Shown here piece after piece: positions 11,181 through 22,300 of a stretch of 64,000 bases of DNA (positions within the stretch are counted from its first letter, which is position 1; every line of letters begins with the position of its first letter). Below the pieces are notes generated by a model. It saw only the letters and a program-made list of their open reading frames with translations. It was not told where the DNA came from and did no database searches. This stretch comes from Candidatus Eiseniibacteriota bacterium (GTDB taxonomy: Bacteria; Eisenbacteria; RBG-16-71-46), in assembly GCA_038231135.1 (NCBI GenBank), contig JBBRLX010000009.1:1-64000 (forward strand), read 5' to 3'. The position numbers were made by a program, and so were the translations under genes.

Positions 11181-11391
11181 GATCGGCCTATGTTCGTTCG
11201 GGGAACGGCGGCGAGCGGCGGGGTTGAAGCCGCGGTGGCGATCCAGTCCAAAACGCTACGGTTGCGGAACATAGCAGCCGCACCCGGCCTGCGCCAGAAC
11301 CAAGTCGCCAGCCCGGGTCGTCCGGTATACGAACACGCGCCCGAGCCGAAACCAGCCGGCCCGGGCGCGCGATCGATCGCGGCGAGTGGCG

Positions 11392-13860
11392 CTACAGTCG
11401 CACGATCCGGCGCAGGAACGTCTGGTTCGCCACCTGGACCCGGACCAGGTAGACACCCATGCCGGCGCGGGCGCCCCGCGAGGTGCCGCCGTCCCAGCGC
11501 AGCGTATGGCTCCCGGCCTCGAGCACCCGTGACTCGTGCCAGACCGCACGGCCCTGCACGTCGAACACCGACCAGTCGACGGGGCCATCGTCCGGCAACT
11601 CGAGCGCGAACGTGACCTCCGCCGCGGACGGCACCGGCATGGCGTTGGACAGCGACAGCGGCCGTGCCACGAGTGACTGGGCGGTCGGCAGCACCTCGAG
11701 CAGCCCGCGCTTGCGCACGTGGATGTCGGTGGACGCCGAGCCCGAGAGCGCATTCGCAGCCGTGAACTTCACGGCGTAGGTACCCGCCTGGCCCGTGCGC
11801 GTAACCCACGTCAGCGTGCCCGTGGTGTGGGCGGAGTTGGTGGTGAACGTGGCGAAGCTGCCGGCCGGCAGCTTCGACAGATCGGCCGTGAGCGAAGCGA
11901 TCGGCTGGCCGTCGGGATCGGCCGCCGTCACGCTGACCGTCGCGGTGCCGCCGGTATTCACGCGCACGGTGCCCGGCGCCGTCACGACGGGCGCGCGATC
12001 GACGTTGTTCACGGTGATGCGCGTGGTGGCCGTTCCGGCGAGCGCGTTCGCCGCACGGAACGTCACGGAGTAGGAGCCGGCGTTGGAGAACCCGGGCGTC
12101 CACGTCAGCACGCCGGACAGGTTGCCGCCGCCGGGCGTGAAGTGCGCGTTGGTGCCCGCCGGCAATCCGGATAGATCGGCGGTCAGCGAGGTGATCGTAT
12201 TGCCGTCGGGATCGGACGCGGTGACGTTCACGCGCAACTGTGCGCCTTCGTTCACGGTCACTGCACCCGGCGCGGTCACCAGCGGCGGCCGGTCGCCGCT
12301 CGTGCCGGTACCGATGTATTCATAGGCGCCGCGATCCGCGTACGGCACCGGGCCGGCGCCGTGGTTCACCGTGGCGGGGTCGTCGAACCGGATGTTGCCG
12401 GCGAAGTCGATGAGCGGCCAGTCGACGACGGCGGACGTGGCATCGTCGATCGCGGGCGAGCCGTACGACAGATGAAAGTCCCCCGCGGTGGGATTCACAA
12501 ACCGGGGATTCGACTGCACGCCGTGGACATCGTTGCCGCTCGCAGCGGTGTACCCGGCGATCGTGGGGAAGATCGTGGTGGCGTTCTTAACCGGCGACTG
12601 CGCCGTGGAGTTCCACCAGATGTTGTAGTCGGTGACGAGCCCCGGCAGCGACGTGTCGTCGACCCACAGGTCGTACTCGTTCGTCGTCAGGCCGTTCTCG
12701 ACCGCGATGCAGTCGTAGAGCTGGGACCCGGGCGACGTGCCTTCGATCGAGAATCCGTCCTTATGGTTGCCATACGCGACGTCGCCGATGTGGATCGTGC
12801 CCGATGACGTCAGGTGATCGAAGCCGTGGTCACCGTTGTTCCACGACACGTTCTGCACCGACACGTTGTCGTTGGACCCGGCGTTGATCTGGAGTCCCGT
12901 GTCCTGATTGTCGTGCAGCCGGTTGCCCTCGATGCGGTTGCCCGACGAACCGTACAACTGGATGCCGTTCGCCGCGCGCACCGTCGGCCGCGCGTTACGG
13001 AACGATTCGTTGCCCGTGATCTGAGACTGCGTGACGCCGACGCTCAGGTAGATGCCATGATCGCCGTGATCGGACACGATGTTGTTCGCGACCGTGCACG
13101 CGGTGGCACCGTTCAGGTGGATGCCGAAGTTGCGCGCGAACGTCACGGTGTTGCCGGACACGGTGACGTTCGAGGACGTGCCCGATACGTAGATGCCCTT
13201 GCTGTCGGAGCGCGTGACGGTGAACCCGGCGATGGTCACCCAGCTGCGGCTCGACACTGTGAAGCCATAGCTCCGGCGCCCCACCCTGGCCGCATGATCG
13301 CCCGGATTGGCGCCGCCGAGGTTGACGTAGAGCCCCTGGCCCGCCACATAGCGGAACGCGCCCGTGGGAATGAGGCCCACCGACACGAGTGTGGTGTCGA
13401 TCGCCAGGCGGCCGCCGTCCGCGAATGCCTGCACCGGATTCCACGTGACCGAGCTCGCGAGGAACACCGAGCCCGAGAATGGCGCCCACAGCGATGCCGA
13501 GCCGAAATCATCGGAGCCGTCGACGATCGCGCCCGGCGTCCCCTGGAACATGAACGGACTGCCCGCGATGCCGGAGCTGCTGACGCTGACCTGTTCGCGA
13601 TAGGTGCCCGGCTGCACCTGGATCGTCGTTCCGGCGCCACCGCGCTGCGAGACCGCGGCGCCGATCGTGCGGTACGGCGTGGCCAGGGTTCCCGGACCGG
13701 AATCGGACGCGAGCGGATTCTGGTTGTCGACGTAGTACGTGGTGGCGTGCGCGGCCGCGGCGGCCGCGGACAGCATCACCAGCGTGAACACCAGGCTGCG
13801 GAGCGAACGACGAATCTGTGAGTCCGAGGGGTGGCGAACGGACCTGACCATCTGCGGCAA
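11392..13860 (-). CDS. Secreted beta-helix protein with Ig-like domains and FlgD/T9SS-like C-terminal domain (paralog of 6127-9156)
   Basis: Shares [20 protein letters not shown] and [14 protein letters not shown] with the paralog but lacks the PKD domains. Start uncertain: TTG 13860 after GGAG, or ATG 13851. Confidence 0.8.
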   Translation of the reverse strand: MPQMVRSVRHPSDSQIRRSLRSLVFTLVMLSAAAAAAHATTYYVDNQNPLASDSGPGTLATPYRTIGAAVSQRGGAGTTIQVQPGTYREQVSVSSSGIAGSPFMFQGTPGAIVDGSDDFGSASLWAPFSGSVFLASSVTWNPVQAFADGGRLAIDTTLVSVGLIPTGAFRYVAGQGLYVNLGGANPGDHAARVGRRSYGFTVSSRSWVTIAGFTVTRSDSKGIYVSGTSSNVTVSGNTVTFARNFGIHLNGATACTVANNIVSDHGDHGIYLSVGVTQSQITGNESFRNARPTVRAANGIQLYGSSGNRIEGNRLHDNQDTGLQINAGSNDNVSVQNVSWNNGDHGFDHLTSSGTIHIGDVAYGNHKDGFSIEGTSPGSQLYDCIAVENGLTTNEYDLWVDDTSLPGLVTDYNIWWNSTAQSPVKNATTIFPTIAGYTAASGNDVHGVQSNPRFVNPTAGDFHLSYGSPAIDDATSAVVDWPLIDFAGNIRFDDPATVNHGAGPVPYADRGAYEYIGTGTSGDRPPLVTAPGAVTVNEGAQLRVNVTASDPDGNTITSLTADLSGLPAGTNAHFTPGGGNLSGVLTWTPGFSNAGSYSVTFRAANALAGTATTRITVNNVDRAPVVTAPGTVRVNTGGTATVSVTAADPDGQPIASLTADLSKLPAGSFATFTTNSAHTTGTLTWVTRTGQAGTYAVKFTAANALSGSASTDIHVRKRGLLEVLPTAQSLVARPLSLSNAMPVPSAAEVTFALELPDDGPVDWSVFDVQGRAVWHESRVLEAGSHTLRWDGGTSRGARAGMGVYLVRVQVANQTFLRRIVRL

Positions 13861-14101
13861 GGGGGTATCTCCAAAGAAGCGGCTGCGAATCGCGTCCATT
13901 CGAGCCAGCGGAACCATGGATGGCGAATCGGCCGGATCGGCCCCGGTTCCGGGCGCGGCCGAACCATGATCCAGCTTACAGGGGTCGGACGTGCCGTGCC
14001 AGAGGATCGTTGAACGGTTTGAACGGTTGGGGGCGCGGTAACGGCTTGGTTTTGCGGCCCCAGAACATCCAGAACGCCGAAATCGGGCACCGTACTCCGT
14101 C

Positions 14102-14698
14102 ATGAAAATCCCATTCTCCCGACCGTTCCCGTCCCGCAATTCCGCGCCTCGATGGCTCCGCCGCCGGACCTTCATCCCGGGGCTCGGCTTGTCCTTGACA
14201 TTGTTTGCATTGCTGGGCGCGACCGCCCGCCCGGCCCCGGCAGCCCCGCGCAGGCCGGCGGCTGGGGCTCCGGCCGTCCATCCCGCCAGCGCCAGCCAGA
14301 TCCTGGCCGCCATCAAGCAGCCCGGACCCCGCGTCACGCTCGTCAACGTGTGGGCCACCTGGTGCGGCCCGTGCCGCACCGAGTTCCCGGATCTCGTGCG
14401 CTTCCAGCGCGACGCCCGCGCGCGCGGCGTCAAGGTCGTGTTCGTGTCGGCCGATTTCCCGGACCAGTTGTCGCGGGTGCGCGCATTCCTCGCGAAGCAG
14501 GGCGTCACCGAGGCGTCGTGGATCAAGCACGACGACGATCAGGCGTTCATCAAGGCGTTCGAGCCGCGCTGGAGCGGTGCCTTGCCCGCCACGTTCGTCT
14601 ACGACTCCACGGGCACCCAGGTGCGGTTCTGGGAGGGCGCCGCGGATTCCACGCGATTCGAGACCGAGGTGAGCAACGTATTGAGCGGCGTTCGCTAG
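14102..14698 (+). CDS. Exported TlpA-family thiol:disulfide oxidoreductase
   Basis: LVNVWATWCGPC motif, LPATF cis-Pro loop and a hydrophobic N-terminal segment. Confidence 0.88.
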   Translation: MKIPFSRPFPSRNSAPRWLRRRTFIPGLGLSLTLFALLGATARPAPAAPRRPAAGAPAVHPASASQILAAIKQPGPRVTLVNVWATWCGPCRTEFPDLVRFQRDARARGVKVVFVSADFPDQLSRVRAFLAKQGVTEASWIKHDDDQAFIKAFEPRWSGALPATFVYDSTGTQVRFWEGAADSTRFETEVSNVLSGVR

Positions 14699-14817
14699 TC
14701 GCAGCGCCGGGCCAAGGTCCCGGTCCCCGCCGGCAGCTCCGAGATTCTGCTCCGCAGAGATGTCCCGATAGCCCCCGTACGCTTCCCCACGTTCCACACC
14801 TCAAGGAGACGTATTCC

Positions 14818-15450
14818 ATGAAGCTCCGCTGGTTCCACACGCTCTGTCTGCTCACCCTCGGCCTCGTTCCCGCCACCCTGGCCCTCGCCGACGACGACGC
14901 GCCGCAGGCACTCGCGATCGGCGCGACCGCCCCGATGGCGGACGTGAAGATGAAGAGCGTCGACGGCAAGGACATCGCGATCGCCGACGTCGCCGGCAAG
15001 AAGGGCACGCTCGTCGTGTTCACCTGCAACGGCTGCCCGTTCGCGAAGGCGTGGGAGACCCGCATCGCGGCGATCGGCAACGCCGCGGTCAAGCGCGGCC
15101 TCGGCGTGATCGCGGTCAACGCGAACGACCCGGACGTGAACTCCGAGGATTCGTTCGACGGCATGGTGGCCCGCGCGAAGAAGCTGGGCATCCACTATCC
15201 GTACGTGATGGACGAGACCTCGAACCTCGCGCGGGCGTTTGGCGCCACGCGCACGCCGGAGGCGTTCCTGTTCGACGCGTCGGGCAAGCTCGTCTACCAC
15301 GGCACCATCGACGACAACGCGCACCAGCCCGCCGCCGTGAAGCAGCCCTACCTGCGCAAGGCGGTCGATGCGGTCACGGCCGGCAGGACGGTCACGGTCG
15401 CCGAAACGAAGGCGCTGGGCTGCGGGATCAAGTTCCGCGCGAAGGCCTAA
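14818..15450 (+). CDS. Exported thioredoxin-fold redoxin (AhpC/TSA-like)
   Basis: AAGGAG RBS, signal peptide, FTCNGCPF, GATRTPEAF, YHGTIDD and C-terminal GCGIK. Confidence 0.88.
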   Translation: MKLRWFHTLCLLTLGLVPATLALADDDAPQALAIGATAPMADVKMKSVDGKDIAIADVAGKKGTLVVFTCNGCPFAKAWETRIAAIGNAAVKRGLGVIAVNANDPDVNSEDSFDGMVARAKKLGIHYPYVMDETSNLARAFGATRTPEAFLFDASGKLVYHGTIDDNAHQPAAVKQPYLRKAVDAVTAGRTVTVAETKALGCGIKFRAKA

Positions 15451-18400
15451 GCGTCGCGCAGTAGGTAATCCAGGTCCGCGCCCGTGAGTGTGCGTGCGAA
15501 GCCATCCTCGCCGATCACGTCCCTCACGAGCGCGGCCTTGCGCTGCTGCAGCTCCCAGATCTTCTCTTCGATCGTGCCCTCGGCCAGCATCCGGTAGGCG
15601 ATCACGGTGCGCGTCTGGCCGATGCGATGCGTGCGGTCGATCGCCTGCGCCTCGACGGCGGGGTTCCACCACGGGTCGAACAGCACCACGTAGCTCGCCG
15701 CCGTCAGGTTGAGCCCGGTGCCGCCGGCCTTGAGCGAGATCAGGAACACGCACGGCTCGGGATCCGATTCGAACGCCCCCACCACCGCCTCGCGCCGCGT
15801 GGTGGCGCCGGTCAGCATGTGATGGCGCACGCCGCGCCGTGTCATGTCCTGCGCCAGCAGCTTGAGGCACTCGACGAACTGCGAGAACACGAGGACCTTG
15901 TGGCCCTCGGCGAGCAGCGGCTCCAGCAGCTCGAACAGCGCGTCGAACTTGCCGGAGCCCAGCTCGAGCTTGCCGCCCGCGAGCGCGGGATGGCAGCACA
16001 CCTGCCGCAGCCGCGTCAGCGCCGCCAGGATCTCGATCTTGTGGCGCCGCACGCCGTCGCCGTTCGTGGAGATGCGCTCGACCAGCTTGCGGCTGTTCGC
16101 GAGCTCGGCGAGGTAGAGCTGGCGCTGGCCCACGGTGAGCTGGCAGTCGCGGCGCTCCTCGATGCGGTCCGGCAGGTCGCGCGCCACCTGGCGCTTGAGC
16201 CGGCGCAGCACCACCGGGCGCAGCCGCGCGGCGAGCAGCGCCCGCAGGTGCGGCGGCGTGTCGGGACGGTCGTAGCGCGCCACGAACTTCGCGCGGTTGC
16301 CGAGGTAGCCCGGGTTCACGAACTCCATGATGCTCCACAGGTCGAGCGCGCGGTTCTCGAGCGGCGTGCCGGTGAGCGCCAGCCGGTGGCGCGCGTCGAG
16401 GCGCAGCACGGCCTTGCTGATCGCGGCGTCCGGGTTCTTGATGTTCTGCGCCTCGTCGAGGATCGCGGCCGACAGCGGCACCTTGATCCACTGCTCGAGA
16501 TCGCGCCGCAGCAGCGCGTAGTTCGTGACGATCAGGTCGTGATTCGGGATCTCGCCGCGCAGCTCGTGGCGCTCCTCGCCGCTCGTGAGCGTGAGCACGC
16601 GCAGCCCGGGCGTGAACCGCTCCGCCTCGCGCACCCAGTTGTGCACCACCGACGCCGGGCACACGACGAGCGCCGGCCCCAGCCCCGGCTCGCGCTCGCG
16701 CAACTGCAGCAGCCACGCCAGCGCCTGCACCGTCTTGCCGAGCCCCATGTCGTCGGCCAGCACCGCGCCGCGGCCGATGCCGGTGACGAACGACAGGAAG
16801 TCGAGGCCCTCGTGCTGGTAGGGGCGCAGCTCGGCCACCAGGCCCTGCGGCAGCTCGGTGCGCGGCAACCCCTCGAACGTCCGCACCTTCTCGCGCAGCC
16901 GCTCCAGCTCCTGCGCGGCGGCGCTGTCGGCGCCGAAGTCCTCGAGCGCCATCAGGCTGTCCGGCCGCGCCTGGGCGAGCTGCCACAGCGTGACGCGCTG
17001 CTCGCCCCCGCCGACCTCGATCCCCAGGTCGGCGAGGCTGGCCGCGTCCTGGTCGAAGTGGTCGGCCACGTCGCGCCGCACCCAGCCCGACTGCAGCTTC
17101 ACGAACCGCGTGCGCGCGCCGCGCAGCTTCGCGAGATCGGCGTCGGTGAGCCGCATGCCCTCCGACTCCCATTCGGCCGACACCGCGAACCAGTCCACCC
17201 CGCTCGCGGTGACGTTCACGCGCGGGCGCACGTTGCGGGCGCCGCCGAGCAGTTCGCGCATGCGGCGGTTGCCAAGATAGGCGACACCGGTCGGGCGGCT
17301 CTCCCACGCCTCGGCGAACGTCTCGAGATTGCGCGCGTTGATCCTGAGCCACCACGACTTGCGCGCCTCGTCGGAGCTGAGCTCGGGCGGCCCGCCGCGG
17401 CCGTCGGCGCCGCCCTGCGCGAACGACTGCAGCCAGTCGCGCGCCGGATCGACCTGCGCCGGATCGGGAGCGTCGAGCCAGATCTCGGCCGGCACGTCTC
17501 CCGCGCCGCCCGGCGCCGTGTCGGACGCGTCCACCGGAACGGCGGCGGCTTCGTCGTCCGTGGCGGGCGCGCCTTCGGCGGCGGCCGGCCGATCGGGCGC
17601 GAACGTCTCGAGCTCCTCGGTGCTGGCGCCCGACGGCCCCAACAGCCGGGCCCAGCGGCTCTCGCGCGTGAACTCGAACACCGGTTCGGCGCCGATCGGC
17701 ATGCCCGGGCGCCACTCCTTGTCGCTCGAATGGGCGAACAGCCTCACCTCGAGCCAGTCGTCGTCGTGCAGATCGAGCGCCGCCACCGGGTGCGCGCGGT
17801 GCCGGCGGGTATGCGGCGACAGCGCCTCCGCCACGCTCGCGAAACTCGCCGACAGGATCTCGAGGAACTGTTCGCGGCCGGTCTCGGGCACCGGCAGGCT
17901 GCCCGTGGCGGCGAACCGCTGCAGCAGGTCGTGCGGCGGCTCCTCACCCACCCGCCAGAACACCCCGTCCGCCAGCACCAGGCTCGGGTGCAGGTCGTCG
18001 TCCGCGGCCAGGAACACCACGGTGTCGAGCGGCAGCTGCCGGCCGTCGGGCCAGCGCGCGGCCAGCGCGATGCGCATGCCGCCCGCGTCGTTGAGACACG
18101 CGGGCAGGATGTCGAGTGCGGTGTCCTCGAGGTCGAGCCGCTTGCCGGGCGTGATCCCGGCGCGTGCCGCCAGCTCCGGGTCGAGGTGATCACCCCAGGT
18201 GGCGAGCGCCGAGTCGGCGAAGTTGTCGAGCAGCCGGTTCACGCTGCCCGTGACGAGCTCGAACCGCCGGTCGTTGGAGCTGCGCGCCGACGGCAGGAAG
18301 CCGCCGGTCAGCGCGCGCAGCAGCCGGGCGTGGGGCGGCGACAGCAGCGTGGCATCGCGCCGCAATTCGTTGCCGAGCTGGACGAGCTGCATCGCGGTGC

Positions 18401-19214
18401 GCGGCTCGTCCTGCAGCCGCCCGCTCGTCACCCGCGCCTCCATGGTGACGCACGCCGTTCCCCGTTCGTCACGACCGAGCCCGAGGAGCACGCGCAGGCT
18501 GCGCGACGGCGTCGTGGCGTGGCGGATCGCCCAGCGCGCGAGCCCCTCCTCCATCTCGCGGCGTGACCGCCCGGCCGCGCGCTCGGCGAGATCCGGCCGG
18601 TCACGGAACGGCAGAAGCCCGCGCGGCACCCAGCCGTTCGCGCGCTGGGGGATCTCCTGCGCCAGCCGCCAGCACATCAGATCCGGATCGGGATCCTCGA
18701 GAATCTCGCGGAATTCGTAAGGATTGAGGTAGATGCCGCGACCGTGCGAGCCAGCGACCACGCGGCCGAACGTGTAGGCGCGATTCCACGGATCGGCGGC
18801 GCGCAGCGCTTCGATGTCGGGGTCGTAATGCACGGCCGCGCCCGCCCGCTGGTGTTCATCCGGCACGTCGGAGCCGGTTTCCAGCTCGGGCACCGGGCGG
18901 CCGGTGGCCTCGGCATGCGCCGCCACGACCGCGAGCGCGAGCGCGTAGGCATGCTTGCACAGCGGCGCCACCGGGCAGGTGCAGTTGGGATCCGCGCTGC
19001 CGTCGGTCCAGCGCCAGCCGGTGCGGTAGGTGCGCGTGCCCTTCACCGACGCCCGCACCAGGCCGTCGCTGATCTCGAGCGACCCGACACGGCCCCACAC
19101 CAGGTATTCACGCCCGCGATTGCGCACGTACACCGGGAAGTGCCCGGCATCCTGGCGAATGGACTCGATCATCTCGCGCGGCAGGGTTTCGATGGTGCGT
19201 GCTGCTTCGGTCAT
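15447..19214 (-). CDS. SWIM zinc finger / SNF2-family helicase
   Basis: N-terminal CTCPVAPLCKH (SWIM). Helicase motifs LADDMGLGKT, ILDEAQNIKN, LTGTPLEN, SLKAGGTGLNL and QAIDRTHRIGQ. Confidence 0.95.
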   Translation of the reverse strand: MTEAARTIETLPREMIESIRQDAGHFPVYVRNRGREYLVWGRVGSLEISDGLVRASVKGTRTYRTGWRWTDGSADPNCTCPVAPLCKHAYALALAVVAAHAEATGRPVPELETGSDVPDEHQRAGAAVHYDPDIEALRAADPWNRAYTFGRVVAGSHGRGIYLNPYEFREILEDPDPDLMCWRLAQEIPQRANGWVPRGLLPFRDRPDLAERAAGRSRREMEEGLARWAIRHATTPSRSLRVLLGLGRDERGTACVTMEARVTSGRLQDEPRTAMQLVQLGNELRRDATLLSPPHARLLRALTGGFLPSARSSNDRRFELVTGSVNRLLDNFADSALATWGDHLDPELAARAGITPGKRLDLEDTALDILPACLNDAGGMRIALAARWPDGRQLPLDTVVFLAADDDLHPSLVLADGVFWRVGEEPPHDLLQRFAATGSLPVPETGREQFLEILSASFASVAEALSPHTRRHRAHPVAALDLHDDDWLEVRLFAHSSDKEWRPGMPIGAEPVFEFTRESRWARLLGPSGASTEELETFAPDRPAAAEGAPATDDEAAAVPVDASDTAPGGAGDVPAEIWLDAPDPAQVDPARDWLQSFAQGGADGRGGPPELSSDEARKSWWLRINARNLETFAEAWESRPTGVAYLGNRRMRELLGGARNVRPRVNVTASGVDWFAVSAEWESEGMRLTDADLAKLRGARTRFVKLQSGWVRRDVADHFDQDAASLADLGIEVGGGEQRVTLWQLAQARPDSLMALEDFGADSAAAQELERLREKVRTFEGLPRTELPQGLVAELRPYQHEGLDFLSFVTGIGRGAVLADDMGLGKTVQALAWLLQLREREPGLGPALVVCPASVVHNWVREAERFTPGLRVLTLTSGEERHELRGEIPNHDLIVTNYALLRRDLEQWIKVPLSAAILDEAQNIKNPDAAISKAVLRLDARHRLALTGTPLENRALDLWSIMEFVNPGYLGNRAKFVARYDRPDTPPHLRALLAARLRPVVLRRLKRQVARDLPDRIEERRDCQLTVGQRQLYLAELANSRKLVERISTNGDGVRRHKIEILAALTRLRQVCCHPALAGGKLELGSGKFDALFELLEPLLAEGHKVLVFSQFVECLKLLAQDMTRRGVRHHMLTGATTRREAVVGAFESDPEPCVFLISLKAGGTGLNLTAASYVVLFDPWWNPAVEAQAIDRTHRIGQTRTVIAYRMLAEGTIEEKIWELQQRKAALVRDVIGEDGFARTLTGADLDYLLRDA

Positions 19215-19318
19215 GAATTCCGTGGTTCAGGAGGGCGGAACAGGAGGCGCGGGGCCTGCGGGATCTCGCGGCGGCGAACCAGAAAGACTAGCAGGTCCGG
19301 GGTGGGGGCACCAACAGA

Positions 19319-19351
19319 ACGGCCGCCCGGGAGTGCTGCCCGGGCGGCCGT
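19319..19351 (-). terminator. Putative intrinsic terminator closing the giant-protein cluster
   Basis: Perfect 13-bp inverted repeat ACGGCCGCCCGGG-N7-CCCGGGCGGCCGT about 20 bp after the stop at 19371, followed by a weak T-rich tail on the minus strand. Confidence 0.65.
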
Positions 19352-19370
19352 CGTGACACTGCGGCTGCGA

Positions 19371-22300
19371 TTACTTGATCATCGTGATGAGGCGCGTGCG
19401 GCGCACCCCGGCGGCGTCGAGCCGGATGAAGTACACCCCCGACTGCACCGCCGTGCCGGCCTCGTTGCGGCCATCCCACGTGACCCGGTACTGCCCGACT
19501 TCCTGGTCGCCCCGCATCAGCGTGCGCACCCGGCGCCCATCGACCGAGTAGATCGACAGCTCCACCGGACCCCGCTTCGCCAGCCCGTACTGCACCAGCG
19601 ACCGGTCGCGCGACGGATTCGGTATCACCGGCTTCAGGTCCGTCACCGTCACCAGATTGTCGACACCCAGCGCGATGCCGGTCGTGACCGTCACCGCCTG
19701 GTTCGCCCCGTCACGGCCCAGCACCTTCGCGAACGTGAACCCCGGGTCGCCCGCCGCGATCGCACGGAACCGCACCGTCGCAACCACGCCCTGGCCCGTC
19801 ATCCCCGGTCCGCCCGGGTTCAATAGCGCCATGTCGGCCGCGCCCGGACCTGGCGAGAACATCACGCCACCCTGGGCGGTGATCAGGTCGCCCGTCACCA
19901 CGTCGACCGGCACCACCACCGCGGCGTTCCAGCCCAGCGTCACCGACAACGCCTTGAGGTCGCCCGCGCCCTGCAGTTCCACCGGCACCTCCACCCCCTC
20001 GTCGACGCTCACCCGCGCCGGCGTGCTGAGCCGCAGCACGTTCGCCGCCGCAGGCGTTGCGACCGGCACCCGCGATGGAGTGCTGGCGACCGGGAAGTAG
20101 TTCAGCGCGAACATCACCAGGTCCTCGAAGTCCGTCTTCGAGTCCGTCGTCGGCCGCCCGTTCACGCTGGCGTCCGTCGTCGGTCCCACGTCCAGGTATT
20201 CGAATCCCGCCAGCGCCGCGCCCGACAGGCCGTAGTGCGTGCCCAGCAGCGAGATGTCCGCCGTCGTCACCTGGTTGTTGCCCTGGCCCGGTGTGGTGCC
20301 GTCGGTCACGTCACCCAGGTGATAATCCAGCGTGCCCCCTGTGACGTTCGACACCGGCGACGCGTTGCCGCACGCATCCTTCGCATACGCCGCGTAGTAC
20401 CAGTAGTCACGCGTCGCGGGCTCGTCCGTCTGTCCGGTCGCGGTGACGGCCGTCAGCGTCCAGCCCGCCGGCGGATACGACGCCGGCGCCGCCGGCACCG
20501 AGCCCGAGCCGGGCGCGTTGTCATACAGCGGATAGTTGCCGTAGCCACGCCGCCACACCTCGACCGATGCCGCGGCCCCGGGTGCGGTGAACGCCAGCGT
20601 GACCTTCGTCGTCCCGTCCGCGTCGTTGCCGGTGCGCACCTGCGTCGCCCCCAGCCCCGTCACCGCCGTGATCGTCACCGCGTTCGGCGCGAACGTCGCC
20701 GAGATCGCGTGGTTCGCCTGCACGTTCGGGAACGAGTAACTCGTCACCCCCCCCACCGACACGCCGTCCACCAGCACATCGGCCACGTGGTAGCACGGAT
20801 CCGCGGTGATCGTGAACGCCGCCTTGTCGCCGCAGTTCACCGTCTGGGTCGGGCTGATCGAGCCGTTCGGGCCCGCGCTCGCGGTGATCGTGTACGTATT
20901 GACCGCGAACGTCGCCGACACGGTGTGGTTCGCGTGCACGTCGGTGAACGTGTAGAGCGTCACCGGCCCCACCGACACCCCGTCGACGAGGACATCCGCG
21001 ACCTGGTAGCAGGGATCCGGCGTGATCGTGACGTTGGCCGGAGACCCGCAGGCCACCGAGAACGTCGGCGTGATCGAGCCGTTCGGGCCCGCGCTCGTGG
21101 TGATCGTGTACGGGCCGAGCAGCGTGAAGCTGGCGGCGATCGTGTGGTCCACGATCACGTTGTTGAACGTGTACGTCGAGACCGCGCCCACCGACACGCC
21201 GTCGACGAGCACGTCCGCGATGATGTAGCACGTGCTGGCCGGAGCGATCGCGAACGACTGGTTCGCATTGTACGCGACCGCCACCGCGCCGCTGGGCGTG
21301 ATCGTGCCTCCGGCGCCGGCGCTGGCGGTGATGGCCAGGTCGCCGATGCGGAAGTCCGCGTCGCTGGCGTCGCTGCCCGTCGCGCACACGACGTCGTGCG
21401 CCGTGACGCGGACCCGCGCCTGCGTGGTCGGGGCGTTCGGCACCGTCCATGCGTAGGAACCGGAGTTCGCGACGGCCGTCGCGATCGCGAACGGATACGT
21501 CGCGCCGCCGTCGGTCGAATACGCCAGATCGACGTTCGCCACGCCGGTGTTGTCGGTCGCGGTCCACGTGATGGTCTGCGACGACCCGATCGGCCAGTTC
21601 TCGCCACCGTTGGGGCTCGTGACCGTCACGGCCGGCGCCTCGTTGTCGATCGGCACCGTCGCCGGCGGGCCCGCGTTGACGGGCAGCACGCCGTTCCCGC
21701 AGTCACGCAGCTTGACCGACGTGATCGTGACCGTGCCCGTGCCGCCCGGCGCGGTGCTCGCGACGCCGATGTTGAACAGCAGACCGCTCAGCCCGGTCGG
21801 GCCGCAGTCGCCGCCCAGCACCGCGCCGTCGGCCGAGTACGAGCCGCCGCCATGGTCCGCCACGTTGAACAGCGTGGCGCCCGCGGCGCTCAGGAACGTG
21901 CCCTCGGTGACGCTGCCCGTGCCCGAGCACAGCGTCAGATCCGGCGACAACTGGAACGTCACGCTGAAGCCGAGCACCGGGTTGTTGTAGGTGCGCGACA
22001 GGCTGACCGGAATCGTCACGCAGGTATTGGTCGGGCACAGGTAGGTCGCCGTCGATTGCGCGGAGATCGTGCCCGGGGTGAGCGCGAAGCTCGCGGCGAT
22101 CGTGTGGTTCGCGGTCACGTTCGAGAACGTGTACGACGCCACCGCACCCACCGACACGCCATCCACCAGCACGTCGGCGATCGAGTATCCGGTCGACGGG
22201 GTGACCGTGAACGCCTGGTCGTTCGAGCACACGACGCCCACGGCGCCGTTCGGGCTGATCGCGCCACCTGCGCCTGCGGACGCCGTGATCGTGTAGGTGA

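Noticed and set aside
13987..14001. Sigma54 promoter for the second beta-helix gene (TGGCACGGCACGTCC)
   Set aside because: The -24 element is good, but the -12 position reads CC rather than GC.
14695..18566. ORFs 14695-17715 (-) and 15627-18566 (+)
   Set aside because: Alternative-frame and antisense shadows of the SNF2 helicase gene.
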